Shown: in pieces, positions 7,954 to 16,702 of the stretch
How the letters are laid out: each line of letters starts with the position of its first letter
Numbering within the stretch: the stretch's first letter is position 1
Source: Methanobacteriota archaeon
GTDB lineage: Archaea; Thermoplasmatota; Poseidoniia; Poseidoniales; Poseidoniaceae
Assembly (NCBI GenBank): GCA_002726395.1
Contig: PBTA01000066.1
Span: forward strand, 18,166 to 52,439
Direction of reading: 5' to 3'
Length of the DNA stretch: 34,274 nucleotides
Translations under genes and position numbers: made by a program
The notes under the pieces: model-generated
Seen by the model: only the letters and a program-made list of their open reading frames with translations
Told to the model about the DNA's origin: nothing
Databases searched by the model: none

Positions 7954-10155
7954 ATGCAGGGGGTTAGGAAGTTAGCATACGCCAAGGCTATCACGCTAAT
8001 GCTGTTGTTTTTTTGCTCAATTTGCAGTTTGTCTGTCAACAAAACTCTAAGCTCAGATAGCCAAGAAAACAATCATGCTCAATTTTCTGAGAATAACTCC
8101 AATATTCACCAGTGGGATATTTTAACAGGCCAGTGGTACAGTATCGAGATTTTTTGTGAGACTTGCACAGCAGAACTTAACTTAGACGAAACAACATTGT
8201 CTGAAGAGTCTAGAATATTTGTTGGCCAAGTGAATGTTTCTGGAAACCTCACATTGATTATTGATAATCCCAATGGAGAAGCGATAGAAATCATTTCACT
8301 AGTTGCGCCAAATGAAACTTATCCAACTATACGGCCTTCACCTGGAGAAATCCATCCACTAGTAGAAGTGTATGATTGTCACAGTAGCGATTCATGTATC
8401 GATCTAGGGTCAAGTTTACTTGCTACTTATGTAGGTAGTGGTGACTTAGGTGAAGAGGTCTACATCAATGGTTTGCTTGATTCTGAACAATCGGAATTTG
8501 TAAGTATTGGTGTGAATATTGGTGATACTCTAGAACTATCCATTGCTTATGCAACCTCAGATATTGATTTCGAGTTATTTTTTCAAGATGAATTAAATGA
8601 ATCGTATTTAGGCAGTATTCTAGCGAGTTCTACATCGACTAATTTCGTTGATAATCAAAATACTGTATTTATCCCAATAAACAGTACTGGTAGAATAATT
8701 ATCAAAGCATCATCTGAAAACATTAACACATTGTGGTCACTCAAAACACTAAACCACCCTCCTGCAAGCACCGCTATGTGGAATTTATCTAGCCAAGATG
8801 AAATCATGGGGCACACGACAAAAACAGTAATTATCGACACTAATGATACTACTGCTGTCATTTTGCATTCTACAAATTTAGCGACTTATTTTTCATACCA
8901 TTGCCTAGTAGGAGGTACTTGGTTATCATCAGGTGATGGAATATTAGAATCGGTCAAAGAAAACTGGCTATTTCCGTTGCCAAACTCTTCTGCTATGAGG
9001 GTGACATTTACTGGTAATGCCTTCCATTTAGTAGCACAAACTAAGACTTTTGCTGACTCTCAAAGTGGTTATGAAGCACCGTCGTTACCACCAATGAGAA
9101 TTAGCACTGATAATTCTTCTTGGCCGACTATTGATTTAACAGAAACTACAACTCACGGGGAATTCACTACCTCTATTGGCGACACATCAGACGTATACAA
9201 AATTGAAATTGATGCTTGGGAAGATTCAGTTCACTTTGTCAAATTTGAAATTGAGGGGGATATTGAATCACTTGAAGTGGAAATGATCGCTAAAGACTTG
9301 GCCGACTGGTCAGAAATTGAATCAAAAACTAAAACAGTTGTCTTTGGAAAATTACAAGTTGCTATGGAATTGCCAAGAGGCACTCACTTTTTCCGTATTT
9401 CATTAATTAACTACACCGATAATATTGATTGGGGCAATTACACACCATCAATCGAATATACAATACTGGCCACTTATCAACTAGTAGATGAGGGTGAAGA
9501 ACCTTGGTTTCCACCAGATGAAAACGCAGAAAAATGGGGTTCTATTGCAAGATGGATCTTAGGATTTTTGTTCCTAATGCCAGCGATATATGTGCTAATT
9601 AGTGTACAGAAGAAAAAGTCATTTGCTCTGCGAATAAAGTCCAAAAAACAACGATTAAATTGGTTGAAATTACAACTTGACAAAGGAGTAAGTCCTAAAC
9701 AAAATCGCCGATTATTGGCAAAATCACTTGAAGCGGTGTCGATACTAGATTGGGAAGAGGCTTGCGAAACGTGGGGTGAGGCAGATGTAACTTATCGAAC
9801 AGATAATGTCGCTATCGCAGCATGGAAACTCGACCCAAGATTGGTAAAAAATGATGGAGCATGGCCGATAATGATCGGTGTTTACATCATCAAGGGAGCT
9901 TGGGAAATATCTGCTCTTAGACTTGACTCACCAAAAGGTCAAGCGTGGAAAATTGTTTCTGTAACTCCAAGGTTCCTGTATTCTGGTGATGAAATATTCT
10001 TGGATTCGATGAATGTTGGCAACAAAACCTTTGTTTCTGTCGAACTAAGTGGGACTGCGACATCAGTAGATATAGAATTAAATGGAAGAATGGATGGAGA
10101 ACCTAGTGCCGCAAGAGTCGCCCAGACATTATACAGACTTAACGAAGAAGAGTGA
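7954..10155 (+). CDS. Type I membrane protein: signal peptide, extracellular beta-rich region with PPC-like modules, one TM helix, cytoplasmic domain
   Basis: Signal-like 'ITLMLLFFCSICSLSV'; PPC-like 'GDTSDVYKIEI...LPRGTHFFRI'; TM 'WILGFLFLMPAIYVLISV' followed by basic KKK. The start is 7951 or 7954. Confidence 0.78.
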   Translation: MQGVRKLAYAKAITLMLLFFCSICSLSVNKTLSSDSQENNHAQFSENNSNIHQWDILTGQWYSIEIFCETCTAELNLDETTLSEESRIFVGQVNVSGNLTLIIDNPNGEAIEIISLVAPNETYPTIRPSPGEIHPLVEVYDCHSSDSCIDLGSSLLATYVGSGDLGEEVYINGLLDSEQSEFVSIGVNIGDTLELSIAYATSDIDFELFFQDELNESYLGSILASSTSTNFVDNQNTVFIPINSTGRIIIKASSENINTLWSLKTLNHPPASTAMWNLSSQDEIMGHTTKTVIIDTNDTTAVILHSTNLATYFSYHCLVGGTWLSSGDGILESVKENWLFPLPNSSAMRVTFTGNAFHLVAQTKTFADSQSGYEAPSLPPMRISTDNSSWPTIDLTETTTHGEFTTSIGDTSDVYKIEIDAWEDSVHFVKFEIEGDIESLEVEMIAKDLADWSEIESKTKTVVFGKLQVAMELPRGTHFFRISLINYTDNIDWGNYTPSIEYTILATYQLVDEGEEPWFPPDENAEKWGSIARWILGFLFLMPAIYVLISVQKKKSFALRIKSKKQRLNWLKLQLDKGVSPKQNRRLLAKSLEAVSILDWEEACETWGEADVTYRTDNVAIAAWKLDPRLVKNDGAWPIMIGVYIIKGAWEISALRLDSPKGQAWKIVSVTPRFLYSGDEIFLDSMNVGNKTFVSVELSGTATSVDIELNGRMDGEPSAARVAQTLYRLNEEE

Positions 10156-10159
10156 GATC

Positions 10160-11278
10160 TTATTGGCGTCTTTCTTTAGCATCCTTAACGACGCGTGCTT
10201 CCAATTCGTCTTGAGAAATTTCAACGTCCATTTGTTTAACTAACTTCATGTCTGCTTTACTAATTTTTTTGGGTAAATGTAACTTTACCAACACAACAAC
10301 GTCACCTCTGCCAGAACCTCTTATTCTAGGCAAACCCTTACTGCGAACTTCTATGGTTTTACCCGAATTAGTCATTTTTGGTATCGAAATTTTAAGGTCT
10401 GAGCCATCGATATGGGGCAAAGTAATTGTCGTTCCAGTAACTAAATCAGCATACAGTAATGGTAAAGACATAATTAAATCTGAACCTGAACGTTCAAACC
10501 AAGGATGCTCTTCAACTTCAAGTTCAATAAATAGATCGCCGTTCTCGCCTTTTCCTCGATGTGCAGGTTCTCCCTTGCCTCGCATTCTTAGCCTTGTTCC
10601 GTCCTCAGCACCTCGAGGAACATTGAAGCGTAATTTGGTTTCCTTTATCTCTTGACCAGAACCATTACATGATTTGCATTTTGTCTTGATTAATTGACCC
10701 ACACCCGAACAAGTTGGACAATCTCTGATTACATCTTGAACGAAAGGACCAACTTGCTGACGTGCTCTAATTTTACCTTGACCACCACAATTACTGCAGG
10801 AAATGATGTCACCATCTTCCGCACCAGTTCCATTGCAAGGCTCACACTTTGCCGGCAAGTCTATGACTAATTCTTCACTAGTTCCTTCAAACACTGATTC
10901 AATGGTTATTGAATATCTCACAATTACATCATTACCACGGTTTCGTGACCTGCGCCCTCCACCACCAAAAAAACTGGAGAAGAAGTCTCCTCCAAGTATG
11001 TCATCTAAATTGATGTTGAATGAACCACCACCAAAACCACCAAACGGCGAACCACTAGGTCCATTATGCCCGTAGCGGTCATACATTTGACGCTTTTCTG
11101 AATCAGAAAGAACTGCGTATGCTTCTTGGATTTCCTTAAATTTATCCTCAGCATCTTCTTCTGTACTTCGGTCAGGATGATATTTTCTTGCAAGACTTCG
11201 AAAGGCATTCTTCAACTCTTTATCGCCTGCAGATTTATCAACACCGAGTACTTCGTAATAATCACGTTTCTCAGACAT
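10160..11278 (-). CDS. dnaJ: Molecular chaperone DnaJ (class A)
   Basis: J-domain RDYYEVLGV...KYHPD, G/F-rich linker, four CxxCxGxG motifs (CEPCNGTG, CSNCGGQG, CPTCSGVG, CKSCNGSG), C-terminal substrate-binding repeats. Confidence 0.97.
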   Translation of the reverse strand: MSEKRDYYEVLGVDKSAGDKELKNAFRSLARKYHPDRSTEEDAEDKFKEIQEAYAVLSDSEKRQMYDRYGHNGPSGSPFGGFGGGSFNINLDDILGGDFFSSFFGGGGRRSRNRGNDVIVRYSITIESVFEGTSEELVIDLPAKCEPCNGTGAEDGDIISCSNCGGQGKIRARQQVGPFVQDVIRDCPTCSGVGQLIKTKCKSCNGSGQEIKETKLRFNVPRGAEDGTRLRMRGKGEPAHRGKGENGDLFIELEVEEHPWFERSGSDLIMSLPLLYADLVTGTTITLPHIDGSDLKISIPKMTNSGKTIEVRSKGLPRIRGSGRGDVVVLVKLHLPKKISKADMKLVKQMDVEISQDELEARVVKDAKERRQ

Positions 11279-11341
11279 TAAAATCCCCCTTCATGCTTCC
11301 GGATAACACAATGTCTTTCAATATCTCGGATAAAATTTGGT

Positions 11342-12316
11342 TCAAATAACATCAAGACCACAATTATCACAAAACCTGTCACCAGATTTGATAGGATAAT
11401 TACAGCCCCTACATCGGGGTTGCTGAACGCTTGCTGGGGCAGCAAATGTCTGCTGATTGCTACTAGGCAGCATAGCCATGGACTCGATTGATTGGTTGGA
11501 GTTATTGCCAACATTTGGTGGCGCAAAAGCAGAATAATTTTTGCTTACTAAAGCAGGTGCTTTTTGAGATATCGACTGTTCCGCCATTTCTGGAGTTTCT
11601 GGTTCTGTATTTTCCGAATATGAAACTTCAGAATCGGGTTCAATCGCGACTTCATTGCGCTCATACTGAATTGGAGCTTGTGGTTTCACCGCTTTTACCG
11701 GAGCGGCTTCAGCCGCTGCATTAAGAGCTGCCATCCTTTTTTGTTCCCTTGATTCAACAGAAGAATTCCCGCGGAATAAACCAGAAATAACATCGAGAAA
11801 CTTATCCATTGGACTTGCTTTTCTAGTAGCCCCAATAGTTGCCGTGATCTCTTGTTCATCAAACGTCGATTTGCCCGAAACACGCCTAGTTGCTTCAACA
11901 ATCGTTTTTGATTCATTTAGCATATCAACATCTACTTTATTTTCATCAGACAATTCCATTTCAGGTGATTCTGTAGAGATTTGAGAGACATTTCTGGTTA
12001 AATTTGTTGAATCATCTAATCTCTCAGATAGTTCTGCATTACTTTGCCAAACTCCAGCCTCTTCAGCAGCATATGTTTTCTTCATTTTTTTCATTACTTT
12101 GGAACGACGGTATTCATAATCCTTAACTGTATTAGATTTACGATAGATAAAAATTCCAACTAGCGTCCCCAGTAGGTAATAGGGTACCATCAATAATGGT
12201 TCAATTTTGAATACGTCGCGCAGTGGAGTAACAATTACATGAAAAAATCCCAATAACAATATTGGCAGGATAGCAACACTTTGCGAACTAAGTGACTTTT
12301 CTACCATTGTACTCAT
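11342..12316 (-). CDS. Membrane protein with two N-terminal TM helices, long low-complexity region and C-terminal zinc ribbon
   Basis: Two hydrophobic helices; C-terminal CRGC...FCDNCG. A start at ATG 12316 (or 12307) avoids the overlap with the GT2 gene. Confidence 0.78.
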   Translation of the reverse strand: MSTMVEKSLSSQSVAILPILLLGFFHVIVTPLRDVFKIEPLLMVPYYLLGTLVGIFIYRKSNTVKDYEYRRSKVMKKMKKTYAAEEAGVWQSNAELSERLDDSTNLTRNVSQISTESPEMELSDENKVDVDMLNESKTIVEATRRVSGKSTFDEQEITATIGATRKASPMDKFLDVISGLFRGNSSVESREQKRMAALNAAAEAAPVKAVKPQAPIQYERNEVAIEPDSEVSYSENTEPETPEMAEQSISQKAPALVSKNYSAFAPPNVGNNSNQSIESMAMLPSSNQQTFAAPASVQQPRCRGCNYPIKSGDRFCDNCGLDVI

Positions 12317-12335
12317 CTCTTGAAATTGGGCATTG

Positions 12336-13388
12336 TTATTGTAAGTTCCCGTTATTTGATTCTCTATCATTGAAAGAACTAGGTTTACCGATTATTCCGT
12401 AAACTAAACCAAGTGAAAACATTGTATGAAGTAAAAATATGCAGATTGGCAGACCCACGAGTAATGATAGCCTTCGCTTTAGCAAGACTAATCTTAGTGA
12501 TTCTAGCAATAATACAGCGCCATATAGTGTGGCTGGAAAATACCAAAATTGGTTAGATTTAACCAATAAGAATAATGTCAATATGACTCCAAACCAAGGG
12601 AGTATTTCCCTTATGCTAAACCTTTTTGGATGTTTCCTAACAATTCGTGTCCGCCAATAACCATATCTAAAACCCATCTTAGACCAACTCTTCAAAGATT
12701 TACGCTTTGTCATATTAACCTCTACTAGATCTGTTTTGAATAGCAGGAATCCTGCATCGATCATTCGCATTGACAGGTCACTATCTTGGCTAGTGATAAA
12801 GTCTGTATCCCAACCACCAATCTGCTCAATTGCTGTACGGCTATGAAGACAGAACGCAGGAACAGAGGTTTGCACTGTACCTGTAAAATTATCAAATTGA
12901 CCCGAACCGCTGCCAAACGGAGATAGTAGTGCACCTTCAACCCATGATTCCACTAATTCTAACTGTCCCAAACGGGATGAAACTTTACACCCAAGTGCAC
13001 CAATTGGTTGCTCATTGACAGACTCTAATCTCGCCATTTCCTCCAGTAATATCGCTATGTGATTCTTCTTTACTGTACAATGACCGATTATTTCCAAAAA
13101 ATATTTCACTGAATTTGGAACTAAATCCATGGCCAAATTTCTCGCTTCTGCAACATATTTACCAGCATTTTTAGTAAGGATTATTTCGGGACCTTCGGTG
13201 TTTTGTTCAATGAATTGTTCAATGAGTTTTACAGACTGATCTGTTGACCCTCCATCTAAAACAACGACGATATGTTGTTCAAAAGAAACAGTTTGATTAA
13301 CTAGTGAACTAAGACATGCAATGATACTATCTTGCTCATTTAGTATCGGTATTACTGTTGCCACTAAAGGATTAGTTGCTCCAGTCAT
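12336..13388 (-). CDS. Glycosyltransferase family 2 (ExoA-like) with C-terminal TM helices
   Basis: VIPILNEQDSI, VLDGGSTD, ARNLA, IGGWD, QDSDL, C-terminal hydrophobic helices. Confidence 0.9.
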   Translation of the reverse strand: MTGATNPLVATVIPILNEQDSIIACLSSLVNQTVSFEQHIVVVLDGGSTDQSVKLIEQFIEQNTEGPEIILTKNAGKYVAEARNLAMDLVPNSVKYFLEIIGHCTVKKNHIAILLEEMARLESVNEQPIGALGCKVSSRLGQLELVESWVEGALLSPFGSGSGQFDNFTGTVQTSVPAFCLHSRTAIEQIGGWDTDFITSQDSDLSMRMIDAGFLLFKTDLVEVNMTKRKSLKSWSKMGFRYGYWRTRIVRKHPKRFSIREILPWFGVILTLFLLVKSNQFWYFPATLYGAVLLLESLRLVLLKRRLSLLVGLPICIFLLHTMFSLGLVYGIIGKPSSFNDRESNNGNLQ

Positions 13389-13476
13389 GTCAGTGGATTA
13401 GTGTAGACGATTTCATACTTACTCGTAATTTTAAACAAATGAACAGTTTGAAGAGGAATTGTCCACTAGCCGTGAT

Positions 13477-13989
13477 GTGTCAGCACCACGCGTTATGTTG
13501 AATGGCCTAGATGAGGGAATCGAAGTCATAATTTCAACAACAATATCAGGTGCTGAGTCACCAACCCTTGTTCTTGAGAGTGTGCAGAATATTTTTCCAG
13601 ATTTTACTGCTGATGAATTTACTGAGCCCACATTTGGTGTTGCTAATAAATATCATTGGATAAATGAACAAATTTCTTTGAATAATTTTCTCCAAATGGT
13701 TCACAAACAAGCCATTTTGGATACTGCTCTAGATGTGATGAGTCTGAATCTGAAAAACCAGCAAACTAGTTTCCAATTACTAAGGCAAGCAAGTATTGCC
13801 AGTAAAATAGCATTCAATCTAGAACAAGGTAACCCACTAGGTGGAGTAATCAATGTTGAACTGAAAGGTGAGAATCTAGCAGACTGGCTTGAAGCAGCAA
13901 CCTGGCATAAAGGAAGAGACGCCGTACCAAAAAGAATCAATGACGAACGTCAAATGGATTTAGATGGTGAAGCTTCTACTTGGATTTGA
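13477..13989 (+). CDS. UPF0201/DUF54-like putative RNA-binding protein
   Basis: 'ESPTLVLESVQNIFP', 'QAILDTA', 'LRQASIASKIAF', 'PLGGVINVEL' match the archaeal DUF54 pattern. The start is uncertain (TTG 13459, GTG 13477 or ATG 13495). Confidence 0.7.
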   Translation: MSAPRVMLNGLDEGIEVIISTTISGAESPTLVLESVQNIFPDFTADEFTEPTFGVANKYHWINEQISLNNFLQMVHKQAILDTALDVMSLNLKNQQTSFQLLRQASIASKIAFNLEQGNPLGGVINVELKGENLADWLEAATWHKGRDAVPKRINDERQMDLDGEASTWI

Positions 13990-14995
13990 GATTCCTAAGA
14001 ACTTCTAGAGCTGCATCCTTGTCTGCGCCCAATAACTCAATATCTTCGATACTATCAAACCATGATATCTTGTCATGTGAAGTCCATTCTTCATGATTAT
14101 TATAACGATTATTTGGCTCCAAAATCAGTTGCATAATCTGCAAATCAATACATAACTCGTCATATTCAAAATACCAATTACCAAAGTTTGAACTGTCAAC
14201 TACATCCCAATTAAACTCCTCTTTTATCTCTCTAGTTATTGCCTCTTCAAGTGACTCATTGGCCTCAACTTTACCACCAGGGAATTCCCATTTACCAGGC
14301 ATTTTTGATGAACCATTACGACGGGCCAACAGCATTTTTTTGTTATCGGTGATTAATCCACCAACTACTTCAATGACCGGTTTGAAAAAAAGCCTACTAA
14401 TTACTTGATATAATGATGCGAGAGATTCTTCTACAGAGATATACTGCTCACTTGGCAAATGGATAAAACAACATGGAATCTGATTTTTTAAACCTTTAAC
14501 CGCTAATTTAGACAACGTTTGGTAATATGTCTCATTGCAAATAAAACTACCAGCATCGTTTGATTTGGTAATATGTTTGATTGGTGGATAAGATAATCGT
14601 TGTATTACAGAATCATTGGCATAGATATCGTGTTCACCTAGCCTAACATCATTAACCATGCGCCCAGAATTATCGCGAATTCTCATATCGAGATTATTTT
14701 TAGCAGTGGTTTCAAGTCTGATTTTATCACTTGAGTCACACAAACCAAGATGTATTATTGCGTCCCAAATTTCACCCTCATCCAATCTTTTGGCAATTGC
14801 GTTACTGCCATCATTATCTACCGTTAAAATAATTTTTTCAACGTAAATTTCTTGACCTTGAAGTGTGGCATTTCGCAAGCCACTCCATGGATCAAAGACG
14901 GTAACCATTTCTGGTACTTTTGCCAGTACATCCTTGGAAATATTGGAATTATGGTTGCCGAATGGTTCGAATCCTGTGACCAATATTCGTCCCAT
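13976..14995 (-). CDS. Pyroglutamyl-peptidase I (C15) fused to a C-terminal NUDIX (MutT-like) hydrolase
   Basis: ILVTGFEPFG, IRLE (Glu), DAGSFICNETYY (Cys), FIHLP (His); then WEFPGGKVEANESLEEAITREIKEE Nudix box. Confidence 0.92.
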   Translation of the reverse strand: MGRILVTGFEPFGNHNSNISKDVLAKVPEMVTVFDPWSGLRNATLQGQEIYVEKIILTVDNDGSNAIAKRLDEGEIWDAIIHLGLCDSSDKIRLETTAKNNLDMRIRDNSGRMVNDVRLGEHDIYANDSVIQRLSYPPIKHITKSNDAGSFICNETYYQTLSKLAVKGLKNQIPCCFIHLPSEQYISVEESLASLYQVISRLFFKPVIEVVGGLITDNKKMLLARRNGSSKMPGKWEFPGGKVEANESLEEAITREIKEEFNWDVVDSSNFGNWYFEYDELCIDLQIMQLILEPNNRYNNHEEWTSHDKISWFDSIEDIELLGADKDAALEVLRNLKSK

Positions 14996-15088
14996 GAAAC
15001 CCCCAATCAGTGCTTACTTTTGACCTGTTCGTGTTCATTTATGCGTTATATTGACATGCAATTAGCATTTGGTGGTAATTGAGCCACC

Positions 15089-15430
15089 ATGAATGATTCT
15101 CAATTTGTCAAAATTGAAGATAAGCCCGAAGAGGGTGTTACAGGACTCAAAATTTTCCGCCAGATTTGGAAAGAAATGACACTAGGAGTTGGTTTTTGGG
15201 GAGCATTGCGGCCTTTGTTTGCTGCAATTTTGGCTGCTGTTCCTTTCTTCTTTATCGGGCAACATTTCAATAGAAAGCATCAGAAAGCCTTTGACTGGAC
15301 ATTACTACAAATCCCGCTGGCTTTGACAGTAGTATTGTGGTTTGTTCTGTGGTTCTACTCGATATTTGACGCTTGGAGAGAGGCAACTAGATTTGTGGCG
15401 GAAAAAAATAATCAATTTGTCCACAATTGA
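15089..15430 (+). CDS. Small membrane protein
   Basis: Two or three hydrophobic segments, 'IGQHFN...WFYSIFDAWR' pattern, SD-like GGTGG upstream. Confidence 0.75.
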   Translation: MNDSQFVKIEDKPEEGVTGLKIFRQIWKEMTLGVGFWGALRPLFAAILAAVPFFFIGQHFNRKHQKAFDWTLLQIPLALTVVLWFVLWFYSIFDAWREATRFVAEKNNQFVHN

Positions 15431-16197
15431 TTATCAGTCTCGATTTCACCGCTTAACATACCTGCAAGATCATTGAGGTCATCAGAATCAAAATCATCGG
15501 GCAATTGACCGGTTATGATGTTGCCAATATTGGCTGACTCGATGGCCCAATACATTACTGAATCTTCGTTATTTGAATGGCCTTTATGTTCTTCATCCTC
15601 ATGGTCTACCGGAGATTGGTAAACTAAGTTAACCAGTCCAAGTAGGTGGCCAAATTCATGAACTAACACGCTATTTTCAATCTCTTCAGATGACGGACGA
15701 TTGAAAATTGGACCTTCTGCATCATCAACACTTTCACCAAAAATTGCAACTGTTGATGCATCTACAGCTACGCCGAGAACACCGTCATTAGCATATTGAC
15801 CAGACGGGAAAATTGCTTGCCAATAAAGGGTTGATCCAGTTTGTGGATCTTCTGACTTTTTATCCCAGCTTTTGTCTCTTACATCGCTTGAGGACCATTG
15901 ACCTTCATGCTCAAAATTAGTTTCTGTAAGAAGTATCTCGATACCTTGTGGCTTATTGCATACCTGTTCAAGACGAGTTTTTAGCAACTCTGTGGAGCTT
16001 TGTTCTGGCATATAACCAGCTTCATAATCAATCTCCACAACTAGGGAGGTATATTTGGCATCACTAAGACAAGCAAGGGTTAGTCCTCCAGGTATTCCTT
16101 TTTCCACATATGTAGAATCATTACCGAAGCAACCCGAAAGACCGGCACTAACCAAGAGCATAACAAGTAGTACAGAGATAGAGTATTTGCCTGCCAT
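15412..16197 (-). CDS. Lipoprotein zinc metalloprotease (metzincin-like)
   Basis: Lipobox-like LSG|C after a hydrophobic stretch; HEFGHLLGL zinc motif; downstream HKGHS and Met-turn-like SVMY. Confidence 0.85.
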   Translation of the reverse strand: MAGKYSISVLLVMLLVSAGLSGCFGNDSTYVEKGIPGGLTLACLSDAKYTSLVVEIDYEAGYMPEQSSTELLKTRLEQVCNKPQGIEILLTETNFEHEGQWSSSDVRDKSWDKKSEDPQTGSTLYWQAIFPSGQYANDGVLGVAVDASTVAIFGESVDDAEGPIFNRPSSEEIENSVLVHEFGHLLGLVNLVYQSPVDHEDEEHKGHSNNEDSVMYWAIESANIGNIITGQLPDDFDSDDLNDLAGMLSGEIETDNQLWTN

Positions 16198-16221
16198 GGA
16201 ATCGCCTAAAATGTCATTGTT

Positions 16222-16230
16222 AAAAAAAAA
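16222..16230 (-). terminator. Oligo-T tract (T9) candidate archaeal terminator
   Basis: A9 on the + strand lies 3 nt beyond the stop codon (16234-16236) of the minus-strand gene. It may also overlap the promoter of the next gene. Confidence 0.5.
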
Positions 16231-16233
16231 TTG

Positions 16234-16677
16234 TCACCAATCTTCTGGAATCTCAAAGGGAGAAAAAAGTTGACCTGGCGATATGATGTTAGATAACTGG
16301 CTTCTTGCTAGATGTTCCCACATTCTTAGGGCGGAAATACCGTCGGTAAGGATCATTTCTGTTTCTACCATAGTCACTCTGATTAGAGTCATCAAAATAT
16401 CCATCCTATCTTCATCAACAACAGATAAAATTTTATCAACACTTAGCGAAGACGCCACATCCTCATTGATCGGTTTCCTAATCGGCCACTGGTGCTTCAA
16501 CTTCTCTGGAATTTCACTGTTGGTATTGGATGCATGTTCATTTAGTGATGTAAGCATCGGCGAAAGCATATTTTGTATAACTATACTTACTTCAACTAAG
16601 GGCATATTAAGTTGTTTTATCAAATTAACAACACGCTCTTGAAGAGTCACTAAACCCTCTACGGCATCATCTGACAT
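16234..16677 (-). CDS. Hypothetical helical protein (147 aa), possibly internally duplicated
   Basis: ATG 16677 with SD-like GGTGG; two similar amphipathic segments (LQERVVNLIKQLNMPLVEV / LMTLIRVTMVETEMILTDG). Confidence 0.72.
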   Translation of the reverse strand: MSDDAVEGLVTLQERVVNLIKQLNMPLVEVSIVIQNMLSPMLTSLNEHASNTNSEIPEKLKHQWPIRKPINEDVASSLSVDKILSVVDEDRMDILMTLIRVTMVETEMILTDGISALRMWEHLARSQLSNIISPGQLFSPFEIPEDW

Positions 16678-16702
16678 ATTTCCACCAACTTTAGTTGCCT
16701 TC

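Noticed and set aside
10160-11278. dnaJ without adjacent dnaK/grpE
   Set aside because: Unlinked or duplicate dnaJ genes are common; not informative from this window alone.
12316-12370. Long N-terminal extensions in the ORF track (12370, 16725, 22495, 6030, 29785)
   Set aside because: Downstream ATGs avoid overlaps and/or have SD-like sequences, so the extensions are probably ORF-caller artefacts.
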